From the NCBI RefSeq assembly GCF_021731985.1, contig NZ_JAKFWH010000062.1, forward strand, positions 30,833 through 94,832: 64,000 nt of DNA. The letters run 5' to 3'. Numbering within the stretch: position 1 is the stretch's first letter; every line of letters starts with the position of its first letter. This DNA comes from Nitrosomonas sp. (GTDB taxonomy: Bacteria > Pseudomonadota > Gammaproteobacteria > Burkholderiales > Nitrosomonadaceae). The translations under genes and the position numbers were made by a program. The notes below the pieces were generated by a model. The model saw only the letters and a program-made list of their open reading frames with translations. It ran no database searches and was not told the origin of the DNA. Shown here in pieces: positions 20,251 through 30,556 of this stretch.

Positions 20251-22914
20251 GTGGAAAGTTCACACAGTAGTAGTTACCGGATTTTTGCACGTTGGGCCGA
20301 GTTCTCCTATAAGAATGCTATCTGGATTATTCTACTCGTATTGTTATTGACTACGCTGAGCACTGTTTATACAGTCAATAATCTTGGCGTTCACACCGAT
20401 ACGACGGATATGCTCTCCGAGGATGTTCCGTTCCGCGCCAATCATATCCGTTATAAAAAATCGTTTTCCCAATATGAAGATACTTTCTTGCTGGTACTGG
20501 ATGCGCCGACACCTGAGCAAGCGCATCAGGCAGCTAAACGCTTCACTAACTATCTGCAAAAAGATAGTACGCAATTTTCCAATACGTACTATCTAACCGG
20601 GGAACCTTTTTTTGAGCAGAATGGCCTCTTTTTCAAGAGCCTGTCGGAATTAGGCCGCATTACCGATTATTTGGCCGCAGCACAACCGCTGATTGCGCGC
20701 ATAGCCGAAAGTCCCACGCTCTATACATTTTCTTCTGTTCTCACGGAAGCTGTCGATGAGTTGCATGCGGGTCGTCAATTAGAACTGGAACCTGTATTTA
20801 ATGGTGTCAGTGCAACACTGGATGCACGGCTTGCCGGTCAATCTCGTGCGCTATCCTGGCAAGCATTATTGGGTGGTGAAGCACAGAAAGAAACATATCA
20901 GGAATTGATCATAGTACAGCCCAAGCTCGATTATTCTCAAATATTTGCTGCTGAAGAGCCGATCAACGCAATTCGTATTGCTGCACAGGATATGGGATTT
21001 ACTCCGAATGCTGTTGAGAAATTGCGAATTACTGGTGAAGTCGCACTTGCTCACGATGAACTCCTCAGCGCAATGCACGGCGCCCAGGATGCTGGGATAT
21101 TAGCGCTAGTGATGGTGGCTATGGTATTGCTCATTGCATTTCGTTCTGCCGGAGCAATAGTTACCGTGATTGTGAGTCTGGTTCTCGGTTTATTGCTGAC
21201 TGCAGCATTTGCCACCGCTGCCGTGGGGCATTTGAACCTGATTTCTATCGCATTTGCTGTTCTATATATTGGTCTTGGTGTTGATTACGCTATTCACTTT
21301 TTGTTGCGACACGAAGAACTCAGGAAGCCCGAGCAGTCTGTTTCAGAAGCATTATATAAAGCTGGTGGCGATATGGGGCAGGCACTGCTGATTTGTGCAA
21401 TAACCACTGCGATTGGGTTTTATGCCTTTATGCCAACGGCTTATGAGGGCGTTGCAGAATTGGGTCTGATATCAGGAACAGGTATGCTGATCAGTTTCCT
21501 GGTTACCATGACGATGATTCCTGCCTTGCAAAGGTATTTTCCCACCCCAGTCAAAAAGTCAGCAACTTCGATTCAATCAATCAATAAGGTTCTGGATCTA
21601 CCCAGACACGCGCGTAAATTGGTATACAGCGTAACAATCATCGCAATTCTGGCTTCTGTCATGGCTTTGCCGCACATCAAGTTCGATTATAATTTGTTGA
21701 ATCTGAATAACCCGCATGCGGAATCAGTTCAGACCCTCCAGGAATTATTGAAAAACACGGAAGACTCACCTTGGCATATTAATATTTTAGTTAGTAATGC
21801 CCAGGAAGCAGGACAAATCGTTCAACGCTTGAGAGCCCTACCAGAAGTAGAAAAAGTGATCAGTATGCTTGATCTGGTGCCTCAAGAACAGGAAGCAAAA
21901 AGTCTGTTGATTGAAGAGATGGCGATGACGCTTGGCCCCATTTCTTTTTCCTCCACAGCATTTTTGATTTCAGACCACCATACTGTTCCAGAGGAGCGAA
22001 TGGCGCTGGAAAAATTGAATACTGCATTAGACCGGTTTATCAGTGAGAAACCGGGACATCCTTCTGAAGCTTCTGCCCGCGCGTTGCGTGCATCACTGTC
22101 GAATCTATTGGCTGATCTGGATAAGCGTACGATACAAAATGACCAAGGAGGGGAGCAATTATTACGTGCGGTTAATTATGATCTACTCAGTTTGCTGCCC
22201 GGTTCTATTAAGCGGCTGCAATTGGCATTGGCAGCGCAGCCGTTTACGCAAGAAGCATTACCGGAATCAGTGAGCGCACACTGGCATACGAGTGATGATG
22301 TATATCGCATCGCGGTGTATCCGTCTGAAAATATTAATGACAATGACGCATTGCGCAGATTTGTGCATGCCGTGCAAAAGATAGCTCCCACTGCGACCGG
22401 TGTGCCGGTAATCAGTCTTGAAGCGGGTGAAGCGGTAGTGGATGCATTTATACATGCTTTCTCGCTGGCGTTGCTGGGCGTCATAATTACACTGTGGATG
22501 ATGCTCAGAAGTGTTTCAGCGACAGTGCTGGTATTAATACCACTCTTATTAGCGGCTCTATTCACAGGTGCCTGCACGGTTCTGCTAGGGCTGCCGTTCA
22601 ATTTTGCCAATATTATTGCTTTGCCGCTATTACTGGGTATTGGTATCGATAGCAGCTTGCATATGGTCCACAGGAGCCGTAGCACCGGCGTGGTTTATGA
22701 AAATTTATTGCATACCAGTACAGCGCGTGCCATTTTTTATAGCGCACTCACAACGCTGGTGGGGTTTGGTAGCCTGGTGTTTTCGACGCATCAGGGTACC
22801 GCTAGTATGGGTTTACTTCTGACGGTTGGTTTGTTTCTAACACTGGTTTGTGTGCTGATAATCCTGCCGGTTTTGTTGCATTCAACCAGTAAAAATAAAG
22901 AAATCGTTGCTTAA
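20251..22914 (+). CDS. hpnN: Hopanoid transporter (MMPL/RND family)
   Basis: Two TM repeats with GLGVDYAIHF and GIGIDSSLH; LNLISIAFAVL; FNFANIIALPLLLG. Confidence 0.92.
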   Translation: MESSHSSSYRIFARWAEFSYKNAIWIILLVLLLTTLSTVYTVNNLGVHTDTTDMLSEDVPFRANHIRYKKSFSQYEDTFLLVLDAPTPEQAHQAAKRFTNYLQKDSTQFSNTYYLTGEPFFEQNGLFFKSLSELGRITDYLAAAQPLIARIAESPTLYTFSSVLTEAVDELHAGRQLELEPVFNGVSATLDARLAGQSRALSWQALLGGEAQKETYQELIIVQPKLDYSQIFAAEEPINAIRIAAQDMGFTPNAVEKLRITGEVALAHDELLSAMHGAQDAGILALVMVAMVLLIAFRSAGAIVTVIVSLVLGLLLTAAFATAAVGHLNLISIAFAVLYIGLGVDYAIHFLLRHEELRKPEQSVSEALYKAGGDMGQALLICAITTAIGFYAFMPTAYEGVAELGLISGTGMLISFLVTMTMIPALQRYFPTPVKKSATSIQSINKVLDLPRHARKLVYSVTIIAILASVMALPHIKFDYNLLNLNNPHAESVQTLQELLKNTEDSPWHINILVSNAQEAGQIVQRLRALPEVEKVISMLDLVPQEQEAKSLLIEEMAMTLGPISFSSTAFLISDHHTVPEERMALEKLNTALDRFISEKPGHPSEASARALRASLSNLLADLDKRTIQNDQGGEQLLRAVNYDLLSLLPGSIKRLQLALAAQPFTQEALPESVSAHWHTSDDVYRIAVYPSENINDNDALRRFVHAVQKIAPTATGVPVISLEAGEAVVDAFIHAFSLALLGVIITLWMMLRSVSATVLVLIPLLLAALFTGACTVLLGLPFNFANIIALPLLLGIGIDSSLHMVHRSRSTGVVYENLLHTSTARAIFYSALTTLVGFGSLVFSTHQGTASMGLLLTVGLFLTLVCVLIILPVLLHSTSKNKEIVA

Positions 22915-22918
22915 TTCT

Positions 22919-24190
22919 TTATTCCGGTTTTATCACTTCAATGCGCGTTAAGGCCGCAGCAAAGAAACCGTCAGTCTGATGCAGCTGCGGGGAGAGCTGC
23001 AAGAATTCACCGGTATCCAGCGGTATCTTTTGTTGTGCCAGTAGCTCGGCGCAATTTAACAAGCTGAATTGTGGGTGTGTGTTTAGAAAATCGTGCACTA
23101 CTTGTTGATTCTCTTCCGGCAAGAAACTGCATGTTGCATACACCAGCCGCCCCCCTGGTTTGAGCAAGCTGGCGGCAGCGGAAAGAATAGCGGCTTGTTT
23201 TGTTTTAAGCTCCTCAATACTTTGCGGGGATTGACGCCATTTTAAATCCGGATTGCGGCGCAATGTTCCGAGACCACTGCACGGCGCATCCACCAGTACC
23301 CGATCTATTTTTCCAGCCAGCCGTTTAACTTTGATGTCGTTCTCATTCGCGATGCGTTGTGCATGCAGATTGGACAAACCCGAACGCTTGAAGCGTGGTT
23401 TCAGATTACTCAATCTTTTTTCAGAGATATCAAAAGCATAAAGACGTCCTTTTGAATTCATCAAGGCGCCCAGTAGCAGCGATTTGCCACCCGCTCCCGC
23501 GCAGAAGTCGACAACCATCTCCCCTCGCTTGGGTGCGAGCAAGTATCCGAGTAATTGACTACCTTCATCCTGCACTTCTATTTTTCCGGATAAAAAGAGT
23601 TCATGGCGATTGATCGCAGGTTTTCCGGTAAGCCGGATTCCGCATGGAGAATAAGGTGTTTCCTGTGCTTCAATTCCTTCCTGGCTAAGCGTTTCGAACA
23701 CTTGATTACGTTTTGCAAGAATGGTATTGACCCGTAGATCAAGCGGTGCGGATTTTTGTAAGGAAAATCCCAAGTTGAGAATGTCAGCATCCGACATGAA
23801 TTGCTTTAATTTCTCTACCAGCCATTCGGGAAACTCTGCTTGAATCGCCAGTGGTAGCGTATCTAATTTGATGGCTTTGATTTCTGTTAACCATTTTGTT
23901 TCAGATTCGCTGATAAACGATGTCAATTCACGCAAATTCATGCCATTAAATTTTACTAGATAGGCTAAAACCAGTGAGCGAGGCGTGATGCGTTCTGTCA
24001 GGCTTTCAAGAAAAAAACGGTGGCGTAATATGCCAAAGACTGTTTCTGCAATGAAAGCGCGATCTTGTCCACCCAGCAGCGGGTTTTCCCGGAAGAAGTG
24101 CCGTAGAATTCCGTCGGCGGGATATTCCAAAGGAAGTACAGTTCGTAGAGCGACTACTACTGCGTCTAGCTGAAAGGGCGTTAATTGCAT
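22919..24190 (-). CDS. RsmB/NOP (Sun/Fmu) family RNA m5C methyltransferase
   Basis: EVQDEGSQL, DFCAGAGGK, VLVDAPCSGLGTLRRNPD, YATCS. Confidence 0.9.
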   Translation of the reverse strand: MQLTPFQLDAVVVALRTVLPLEYPADGILRHFFRENPLLGGQDRAFIAETVFGILRHRFFLESLTERITPRSLVLAYLVKFNGMNLRELTSFISESETKWLTEIKAIKLDTLPLAIQAEFPEWLVEKLKQFMSDADILNLGFSLQKSAPLDLRVNTILAKRNQVFETLSQEGIEAQETPYSPCGIRLTGKPAINRHELFLSGKIEVQDEGSQLLGYLLAPKRGEMVVDFCAGAGGKSLLLGALMNSKGRLYAFDISEKRLSNLKPRFKRSGLSNLHAQRIANENDIKVKRLAGKIDRVLVDAPCSGLGTLRRNPDLKWRQSPQSIEELKTKQAAILSAAASLLKPGGRLVYATCSFLPEENQQVVHDFLNTHPQFSLLNCAELLAQQKIPLDTGEFLQLSPQLHQTDGFFAAALTRIEVIKPE

Positions 24191-24276
24191 TGATTTCCTG
24201 ATGTATGTTTGATCAACTGGAAGAAACGTTGATTAAGTTTGTCTATGATGCGTATTTTTTTAACCGATCTGCTTAA

Positions 24277-24386
24277 GGAAACTCTGAATAACTGTCATTT
24301 TGAGCGTAGCGAGAAATCTATGGTATTGATTGCCAAAGATTCCTCACTTTGTTCGGAATGACATATGAGGGTTATTCAGAGTTTCC
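24277..24386. mobile_element. MITE-like element (16-bp perfect TIRs) containing a palindromic REP-like doublet
   Basis: GGAAACTCTGAATAAC at 24277-24292 with its exact reverse complement at 24371-24386; flanks TTAA/CTAA; internal 27-bp inverted pair at 24293-24319 and 24337-24363. Confidence 0.75.
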
Positions 24387-25103
24387 CTAATGATCAGCTT
24401 TATAGCTAATGTTAATTCCGGTAACTATTTTATCGATTTCACGGCCATTTTCTTCTACGGATACGATGCGAACAGGCAACATGTGATTGTTTATTGCAAG
24501 CCATAGTTTTCTTTTCACTTTGGCATTTTTATTTTCTTGCCGGGTTAATACGATCGTGTCTATTTCGCCGATGGGCGTGTGGAGAACTTCCTTAGACACC
24601 GCATAGTGCGCTAATTGCAGGCTATGCCCATCGGTGACATGCTTCTCCACATACTGCTTAGGGAGTGACGCAAACATAAAGTTGTACGATAAGCTGAGGC
24701 GATCCAAAGTACCTTCGGGTAATCTTTTCTGTTCCTCTTGCCCTTTATGTTGCAGTGTTATGACATGTTTTCCCCAATTAAAAACAGCCACACTGGGATC
24801 TTTTTTCCCACGCTTCTCATAAGCGCGAGTGGGTCGTAGTCCCTGTTTAGTAATGGTTCCTTCGCTATGGCGTACGATACTATTGGGTTCTATGATTTTA
24901 AAAACACCAGTAGCTTGCGCTTCGCTGTTAATCGTGTAACTATGTGTACCATTGACATGTTTGATTTCCATCACTTCATTAATTTCTCCCTGACCGATAT
25001 CCGTTGTAACGGCGTAACTGATTTCAATGCGCGACGGTATATCCGTAGCAAATACTGAGAAGCTGAGCATCCACAGCAGAACAATCGATGGTAGAAATTT
25101 CAT
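24387..25103 (-). CDS. Secreted DUF3108-like protein
   Basis: Signal peptide, GLRPTRAYEKRG, DRLSLSY, LWLAINNHMLPVRI; sits next to purN as is common in betaproteobacteria. Confidence 0.7.
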   Translation of the reverse strand: MKFLPSIVLLWMLSFSVFATDIPSRIEISYAVTTDIGQGEINEVMEIKHVNGTHSYTINSEAQATGVFKIIEPNSIVRHSEGTITKQGLRPTRAYEKRGKKDPSVAVFNWGKHVITLQHKGQEEQKRLPEGTLDRLSLSYNFMFASLPKQYVEKHVTDGHSLQLAHYAVSKEVLHTPIGEIDTIVLTRQENKNAKVKRKLWLAINNHMLPVRIVSVEENGREIDKIVTGINISYKADH

Positions 25104-25738
25104 TCGGGTAATCCTGGCGAATAAAGCGCTATTTCACGAACACTGGAATCTATCACTTCAACGCGATTCTCATTCAACCGGATCTGATCTTCCATAAACC
25201 AGCGTACGGCTTGAGGGTAAATACGATGTTCCTGCTGTAAAACCCGGGCTGCCAGCGTTTCCTCAGTATCTTCAGGTAAAACAGGGATGGCAGCCTGAAT
25301 TACGATCGGACCGTGATCTAACTGCACAGTGACAAAATGTACGGTACAGCCATGTATTTTGATCCCTTCTTGTAGTGCTCTTGCATGCGTTCCCAAACCT
25401 GGAAATGCAGGTAATAATGAAGGATGAATATTCATTAACCGGCCTTGATAACGTTGTACAAAGCGATCGCTTAGTATACGCATGAAGCCGGCCAGTGCAA
25501 TCAATTTGGGTTGGCAAGCGTCAATTTTTTCTGCCAATGCCGTATCGAATGTCTGGCGGTCTGGAAAAGTACGATGATCAATAACGATGGTTTCAGCGCT
25601 ATATTTCCTGGCAATTTCCAACCCTGTTGCGTTGGGATTGTTACTGATTACCGTGATGCGATCTGCCTGAAATCCGGCTTCCAGCAGCGCCTGCATATTA
25701 CTGCCGCGACCGGAGATAAGAATGACCAGTGATTTCAT
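25100..25738 (-). CDS. purN: Phosphoribosylglycinamide formyltransferase
   Basis: LISGRGSNMQA, LAGFMRIL, NIHPSLLP, GCTVHFV, DHGPI. Confidence 0.97.
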   Translation of the reverse strand: MKSLVILISGRGSNMQALLEAGFQADRITVISNNPNATGLEIARKYSAETIVIDHRTFPDRQTFDTALAEKIDACQPKLIALAGFMRILSDRFVQRYQGRLMNIHPSLLPAFPGLGTHARALQEGIKIHGCTVHFVTVQLDHGPIVIQAAIPVLPEDTEETLAARVLQQEHRIYPQAVRWFMEDQIRLNENRVEVIDSSVREIALYSPGLPE

Positions 25739-25761
25739 GATGCCGTTGGAAGACTGGCCAT

Positions 25762-26820
25762 TTAGACTAAAACGGTCGCTGCCTGATTGTTTGTGCGCGG
25801 TTTAATTTCACCGATTTGCCAGACGGTTTCGCCGGAGGCACGCAAACTCCGCAGTGCGTTTTCCGCATGATCCGGCGCCGCTACGATCACCATGCCAATG
25901 CCGCAATTAAATACACGCGCCATCTCATGATCCGCAACATTCCCTTGTTGTTGTAGCCAATGGAATAGTGGCGGCATTTCCCAGGTATCTTTCTGCAAAA
26001 CGGCCATGAACTGATTCGGGAGAATACGCGGCACATTTTCGACTAGTCCGCCGCCGGTAATGTGCGCCAGGCCTTTAACAGGGAGTTGCTTGATTAACTC
26101 AAGCAACGGTTTTACGTAAATGCGCGTCGGCATCATAATAGTGTCAGCGAGCGTTTTGCCATGGAAGTCAGTAGATAAATCGACGCGGTTATTTTCAACA
26201 ATCTTGCGAATCAACGAATACCCATTGGAATGCGCACCACTCGAGGCGAGACCCAGCACAATATCGCCTTCTTGTATCGTAGCGCCGCTGATAATCCGGT
26301 CTTTCTCAACAATACCGACAGCAAATCCGGCAAGATCATATTCATCGTGCGGATACATGCCCGGCATTTCAGCCGTCTCGCCGCCGATCAATGCACAACC
26401 TGCCAGTTCACATCCTTTAGCAACGCCACTGATCACCGCAGTCGCGGTTTCCACATTTAATTTGCCGCAAGCGAAGTAATCCAGAAAAAATAAAGGCTCC
26501 GCACCTTGCACCAATATATCATTAACACTCATCGCCACCAGATCAATGCCAATGCTGTCGTGCTGATTAAGTTGAAAAGCCAATTTAAGCTTAGTACCCA
26601 CACCATCCGTACCGGAAACCAGAACGGGATTTTGATATTTTTTGGAAATTTCAAACAACGCGCCAAAACCACCAATCCCGGTGAGTACCTCAGGTCGTAA
26701 TGTACGTTTGGCAAACGGTTTAATATTTTCAACCAACCGATCCCCTGCATCGATGTCTACACCGGCATCGCGATAGGAGAGTTGGCTTGTATTAGGGTGA
26801 TCAGAGTTGGATAAAGTCAA
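25762..26820 (-). CDS. purM: Phosphoribosylformylglycinamidine cyclo-ligase
   Basis: [51 protein letters not shown]. Confidence 0.98.
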   Translation of the reverse strand: MTLSNSDHPNTSQLSYRDAGVDIDAGDRLVENIKPFAKRTLRPEVLTGIGGFGALFEISKKYQNPVLVSGTDGVGTKLKLAFQLNQHDSIGIDLVAMSVNDILVQGAEPLFFLDYFACGKLNVETATAVISGVAKGCELAGCALIGGETAEMPGMYPHDEYDLAGFAVGIVEKDRIISGATIQEGDIVLGLASSGAHSNGYSLIRKIVENNRVDLSTDFHGKTLADTIMMPTRIYVKPLLELIKQLPVKGLAHITGGGLVENVPRILPNQFMAVLQKDTWEMPPLFHWLQQQGNVADHEMARVFNCGIGMVIVAAPDHAENALRSLRASGETVWQIGEIKPRTNNQAATVLV

Positions 26821-27356
26821 GTTGAATTCTCATGCGGTTACAGAATGAGTGCTGCTCATAAAGTGCGATTTTACCGCAAATGAGCGATCAGCATGCTGTG
26901 GATATGTATAAAATCGATTGAGTGATTATTTATTGAAAATATTTGGATCATTATCAATGCCCCTTCAAACGGGCTGCAGTAGCGAAATTGAGGTTAGGAT
27001 TTAGCAAACTAGAAAAAGAAGAAAAAATGACTAAACCTTGAGCGCATTGTGCTGGTTAGAACTTGGAATTCCCTAGATCTTATGAAGTCTGTTTTCAGCG
27101 AATGTACTGATTCACCGATTGAGTTTGCCATCCCTTTACGTCAGAATTCCGCCGATGCATCTGAGTCGTTTTAGTGGTCAAATGACAATAATCAATCGCA
27201 TAATCAGTACGTATTTTTAACAGCAAGAAAAAACTGATGAGGGTATGATCAACCCTAATTTTTGTTGCTGCGATACCGCCATTGAATGGTATTAATTTTT
27301 TCTTTCCGGGAACCCGTAGACTTTAACCTCCAGTTTTACTGGCGGTATTTTTTCAA

Positions 27357-28760
27357 ATGCAGAGGTCGTTCATGTCTTTCAGTATAGCCAACCTGTTGTC
27401 ACAACATCGCACGGATAAATTTGACTTGCACGATCGGTATCTGAACGCTCAGATGGTCAGGGTCTTGAAAACGATTGGCTATGACCGGAACTATGAACGC
27501 GCAGTTGGGCAGTATCTGTATGACGAACAGGGTAACGAATATCTGGATCTGTTGAGTGGTTTCGGTGTTTATGCGTTTGGCCGCAACCATCCGACTATCG
27601 TCAATGCATTAAAAGAGGTTTTATCGCTCGATATGCCCGATTTGGTGCAGATGGATGTGTCGATTTTGAGCGGTTTATTGGCCAAAGAGATCCTGACTAC
27701 GACACCGGATAATCTGGAACGGGTTTTCTTTTGTAATTCGGGCACGGAAGCGGTTGAGGCGGCGATAAAGTTTGCACGGTACGTGACCAAGCGCAACCGG
27801 ATTATTTGTTGTGACCATGCTTACCATGGTTTGACGATGGGGGCTTTATCGCTGAACGGCGAGCAGATTTTCAAAGATGGTTTTGGCCCATTACTGCAAG
27901 ACTGCGGTTCGGTTCGATTCAATGATCTTGCCGCTTTGGAACAAGCACTCAGTAGCCGCAATGTGGCGGCGTTTGTGGTGGAGCCGATTCAGGGCAAGGG
28001 CGTGAATATCCCGGATGATAACTACCTTCCCGAAGTCGAACGCTTATGCAAGAAATACGGCACGTTATTTGTTGCGGATGAAATTCAAACCGGCCTTGGG
28101 CGCACGGGTAAATTTTGGGCGATTGAACATTGGGGTGTAAAGCCGGACATGATTTGCATGGCAAAGGCGCTTTCCGGCGGTTTTGTTCCGGTCGGCGCGG
28201 TGGCCATGACGCAGCAGATTATGGATAGCGTGTTTAATCGTATGGATCGCGCGGTTGTGCATGGTTCCACCTTTTCCAAGAATAATATGGCGATGGCCGC
28301 GGGTCTGGCCAGCCTGGAAGTAATAAAAGCAGAAAAGCTGGTCGAGAACAGCGCGAAAATGGGTGCCGAAATAATTAGTAGAATAAATGCACTAACCGGT
28401 CAATTTGAATTTCTGAAAGAAGCGCGCGGCAAAGGCTCAATGATTGCGGTTGAGTTCAAATCACCGAATAGCCTGACACTCAAAGCTGCCTGGATGATGC
28501 TGGAAGCAGCCAACAAGGGTTTATTCTGCCAGATGATCACCATCCCGCTATTTAAAGAGCACAGAATCTTGACCCAAGTGGCAGGGCATGGCATGAACGT
28601 GGTTAAGATACTGCCGCCGCTGATACTGACTGAAAAAGACATCAATCACATCATTAGCGCTTTTACCAAGACAATTGCGGATACGCATCAAGTACCGGGT
28701 TCTATTTGGGAACTGGGTAAGAATCTTGCGGGTCATGCGTTAAAAGCAAAAGCGGGTTAG
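27357..28760 (+). CDS. hpnO: Class III aminotransferase, probable aminobacteriohopanetriol synthase
   Basis: YLDLLSGFGVYAFGRNHP, NSGTEAVEAAIKFAR, EPIQGKG, DEIQTGLGRTG, AKALSGG, VHGSTF; hpn genes nearby. Confidence 0.7.
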   Translation: MQRSFMSFSIANLLSQHRTDKFDLHDRYLNAQMVRVLKTIGYDRNYERAVGQYLYDEQGNEYLDLLSGFGVYAFGRNHPTIVNALKEVLSLDMPDLVQMDVSILSGLLAKEILTTTPDNLERVFFCNSGTEAVEAAIKFARYVTKRNRIICCDHAYHGLTMGALSLNGEQIFKDGFGPLLQDCGSVRFNDLAALEQALSSRNVAAFVVEPIQGKGVNIPDDNYLPEVERLCKKYGTLFVADEIQTGLGRTGKFWAIEHWGVKPDMICMAKALSGGFVPVGAVAMTQQIMDSVFNRMDRAVVHGSTFSKNNMAMAAGLASLEVIKAEKLVENSAKMGAEIISRINALTGQFEFLKEARGKGSMIAVEFKSPNSLTLKAAWMMLEAANKGLFCQMITIPLFKEHRILTQVAGHGMNVVKILPPLILTEKDINHIISAFTKTIADTHQVPGSIWELGKNLAGHALKAKAG

Positions 28761-28768
28761 AACACGGT

Positions 28769-29833
28769 ATGAATACTGAACGCTCCGACGATATCCATTA
28801 TCTCTGGTGGTTGATGCTGGTTTGCGTGACGGGCGGGCTGATTTACCTGCTGAGTCCGATATTGACCCCGTTTCTGCTGGCCGCAGTGATTGCCTATATC
28901 TGTAATCCCATGGTGACTTTTTTGGCTGGGAAAAAGCTATCGCGCACAGTGGGTACGGTACTGGTGATGTTTTTGTTGCTCGGTGTTTTTGCAGCGCTGA
29001 TTTTGATCATGGTGCCATTATTTGAGGAAGAAGCGAGACGGGTGCTGGACAAGATGCCGGTTTATCTGGACATGTTCAAGAATCATGTGGTTCCCTGGCT
29101 GGAGACAAGATTCAACATCAGTTTGCAGCCGGATATGAATGTGCTGAAGCAGGCCATTTCAGAACACTGGAAGAGTGCAGGGGGTGTGGCCGCAAAAGTG
29201 CTGCCTTCTTTGACTAGCGGCGGGATGGCGATTGTGGAATTTGTGGTGAATCTGTTACTGGTGCCCGTGGTATTGTTTTATATGCTGCGTGATTGGGATA
29301 TGTTGCTCAAGCTGGCCGATGAAATGATTCCGCGCTACTGGCATCACCAGGTTTCTCTGCTGGCGCGTGAGACGGATCGGATTCTGGCGGAATTTCTGCG
29401 CGGGCAACTATCCGTCATAATTCTGATGAGTATTTGCTATATTACAGGCCTGTGGCTGGTGGGATTGGAATTTGCATTACCGATTGGATTGGTAGCCGGT
29501 ATTCTGGTATTTGTACCGTATCTCGGCATGATCGTTGGTTTGACGCTGGCGACTTTTGCCGCATTGATGCAATTTCAGGGCTGGAGCGGGCTGATTCCGG
29601 TGTGGATTGTGTTTGGCGTTGGTCAATTACTCGAGGGTATGTTGATTACACCTTGGCTGGTGGGTGATCGGATCGGGTTGCATCCGGTCATGGTGATATT
29701 TGCGTTATTGGCATTCGGCCAATTGTTCGGTTTCTTTGGTATTTTGCTGGCGCTGCCGGTCAGTGCCGTGCTGCTGGTTTGGCTCCGGCATCTTCATCAG
29801 CGCTATCTGGGGAGCAATCTCTATAATTCATAG
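28769..29833 (+). CDS. AI-2E (PerM-like) family transporter
   Basis: LTPFLLAAVIAY, FLRGQL, LVFVPYLG, GLHPVMVIFALLAFGQLFGFFGILLALP. Confidence 0.9.
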   Translation: MNTERSDDIHYLWWLMLVCVTGGLIYLLSPILTPFLLAAVIAYICNPMVTFLAGKKLSRTVGTVLVMFLLLGVFAALILIMVPLFEEEARRVLDKMPVYLDMFKNHVVPWLETRFNISLQPDMNVLKQAISEHWKSAGGVAAKVLPSLTSGGMAIVEFVVNLLLVPVVLFYMLRDWDMLLKLADEMIPRYWHHQVSLLARETDRILAEFLRGQLSVIILMSICYITGLWLVGLEFALPIGLVAGILVFVPYLGMIVGLTLATFAALMQFQGWSGLIPVWIVFGVGQLLEGMLITPWLVGDRIGLHPVMVIFALLAFGQLFGFFGILLALPVSAVLLVWLRHLHQRYLGSNLYNS

Positions 29834-29878
29834 TCGCGGTCATCTGCGAAGCGGGGCTATGAGTATTGAGCGATTACA

Positions 29879-30556
29879 ATGAAACAGTTGCTGTTGGACA
29901 TTAAACCTTTGCCGTTGCCTACACTGGAAAACTTTTTGCCAGGGCGAAACGCTGAATTGCTGCACATGCTGGCAAATATCCTGTCCGACCATGAAAAAGA
30001 ACGCTTTGTTTACCTCTGGGGCGGCCTGGGTTGTGGCAAAAGCCATTTATTACAGGCAACGGTTGCAGCCTATACACAAAGAAACTCAAAAGCGGTATAT
30101 TTCTCCGCTAAAAAACCATGCGAATTTTCTGTCGATAGCGATATAGATTGTGTCGCAGTTGACGATATTGACTGTCTGGATGCCGCAGCCCAGATCGGAT
30201 TATTTAATCTCTATAACCAGTTGCGCGATGAAAGTCAGGCATTTCTGCTGGTCAGCGGTGCGGCTGCACCGGCGTACTTGAATATGCGGCAGGATTTGGT
30301 GACGCGTTTGGGATGGGGGCTGGTGTATCAGGTGCATGAATTAACGGAAGAAGAAAAAATACAGGCGATGAAAAGTCATGCCGTTGATTGTGGCTTCGAT
30401 TTATCACAAGAAATTTGTCTTTATTTGTTACGGCATGGACGGCGTGATTTGCCGTCGTTAATGATGACACTGGATGCACTGGATCGGTATTCTCTGGTTA
30501 ATCAGCGTCAAATTACCATACCTCTATTACGAGAATTATTACAGGTGGCTTCATGA
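29879..30556 (+). CDS. hda: DnaA regulatory inactivator Hda
   Basis: N-terminal clamp-binding motif QLLLD, TLENF, YLWGGLGCGKSHLL, DLVTRLGWG, ITIPLLRELL. Confidence 0.93.
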   Translation: MKQLLLDIKPLPLPTLENFLPGRNAELLHMLANILSDHEKERFVYLWGGLGCGKSHLLQATVAAYTQRNSKAVYFSAKKPCEFSVDSDIDCVAVDDIDCLDAAAQIGLFNLYNQLRDESQAFLLVSGAAAPAYLNMRQDLVTRLGWGLVYQVHELTEEEKIQAMKSHAVDCGFDLSQEICLYLLRHGRRDLPSLMMTLDALDRYSLVNQRQITIPLLRELLQVAS

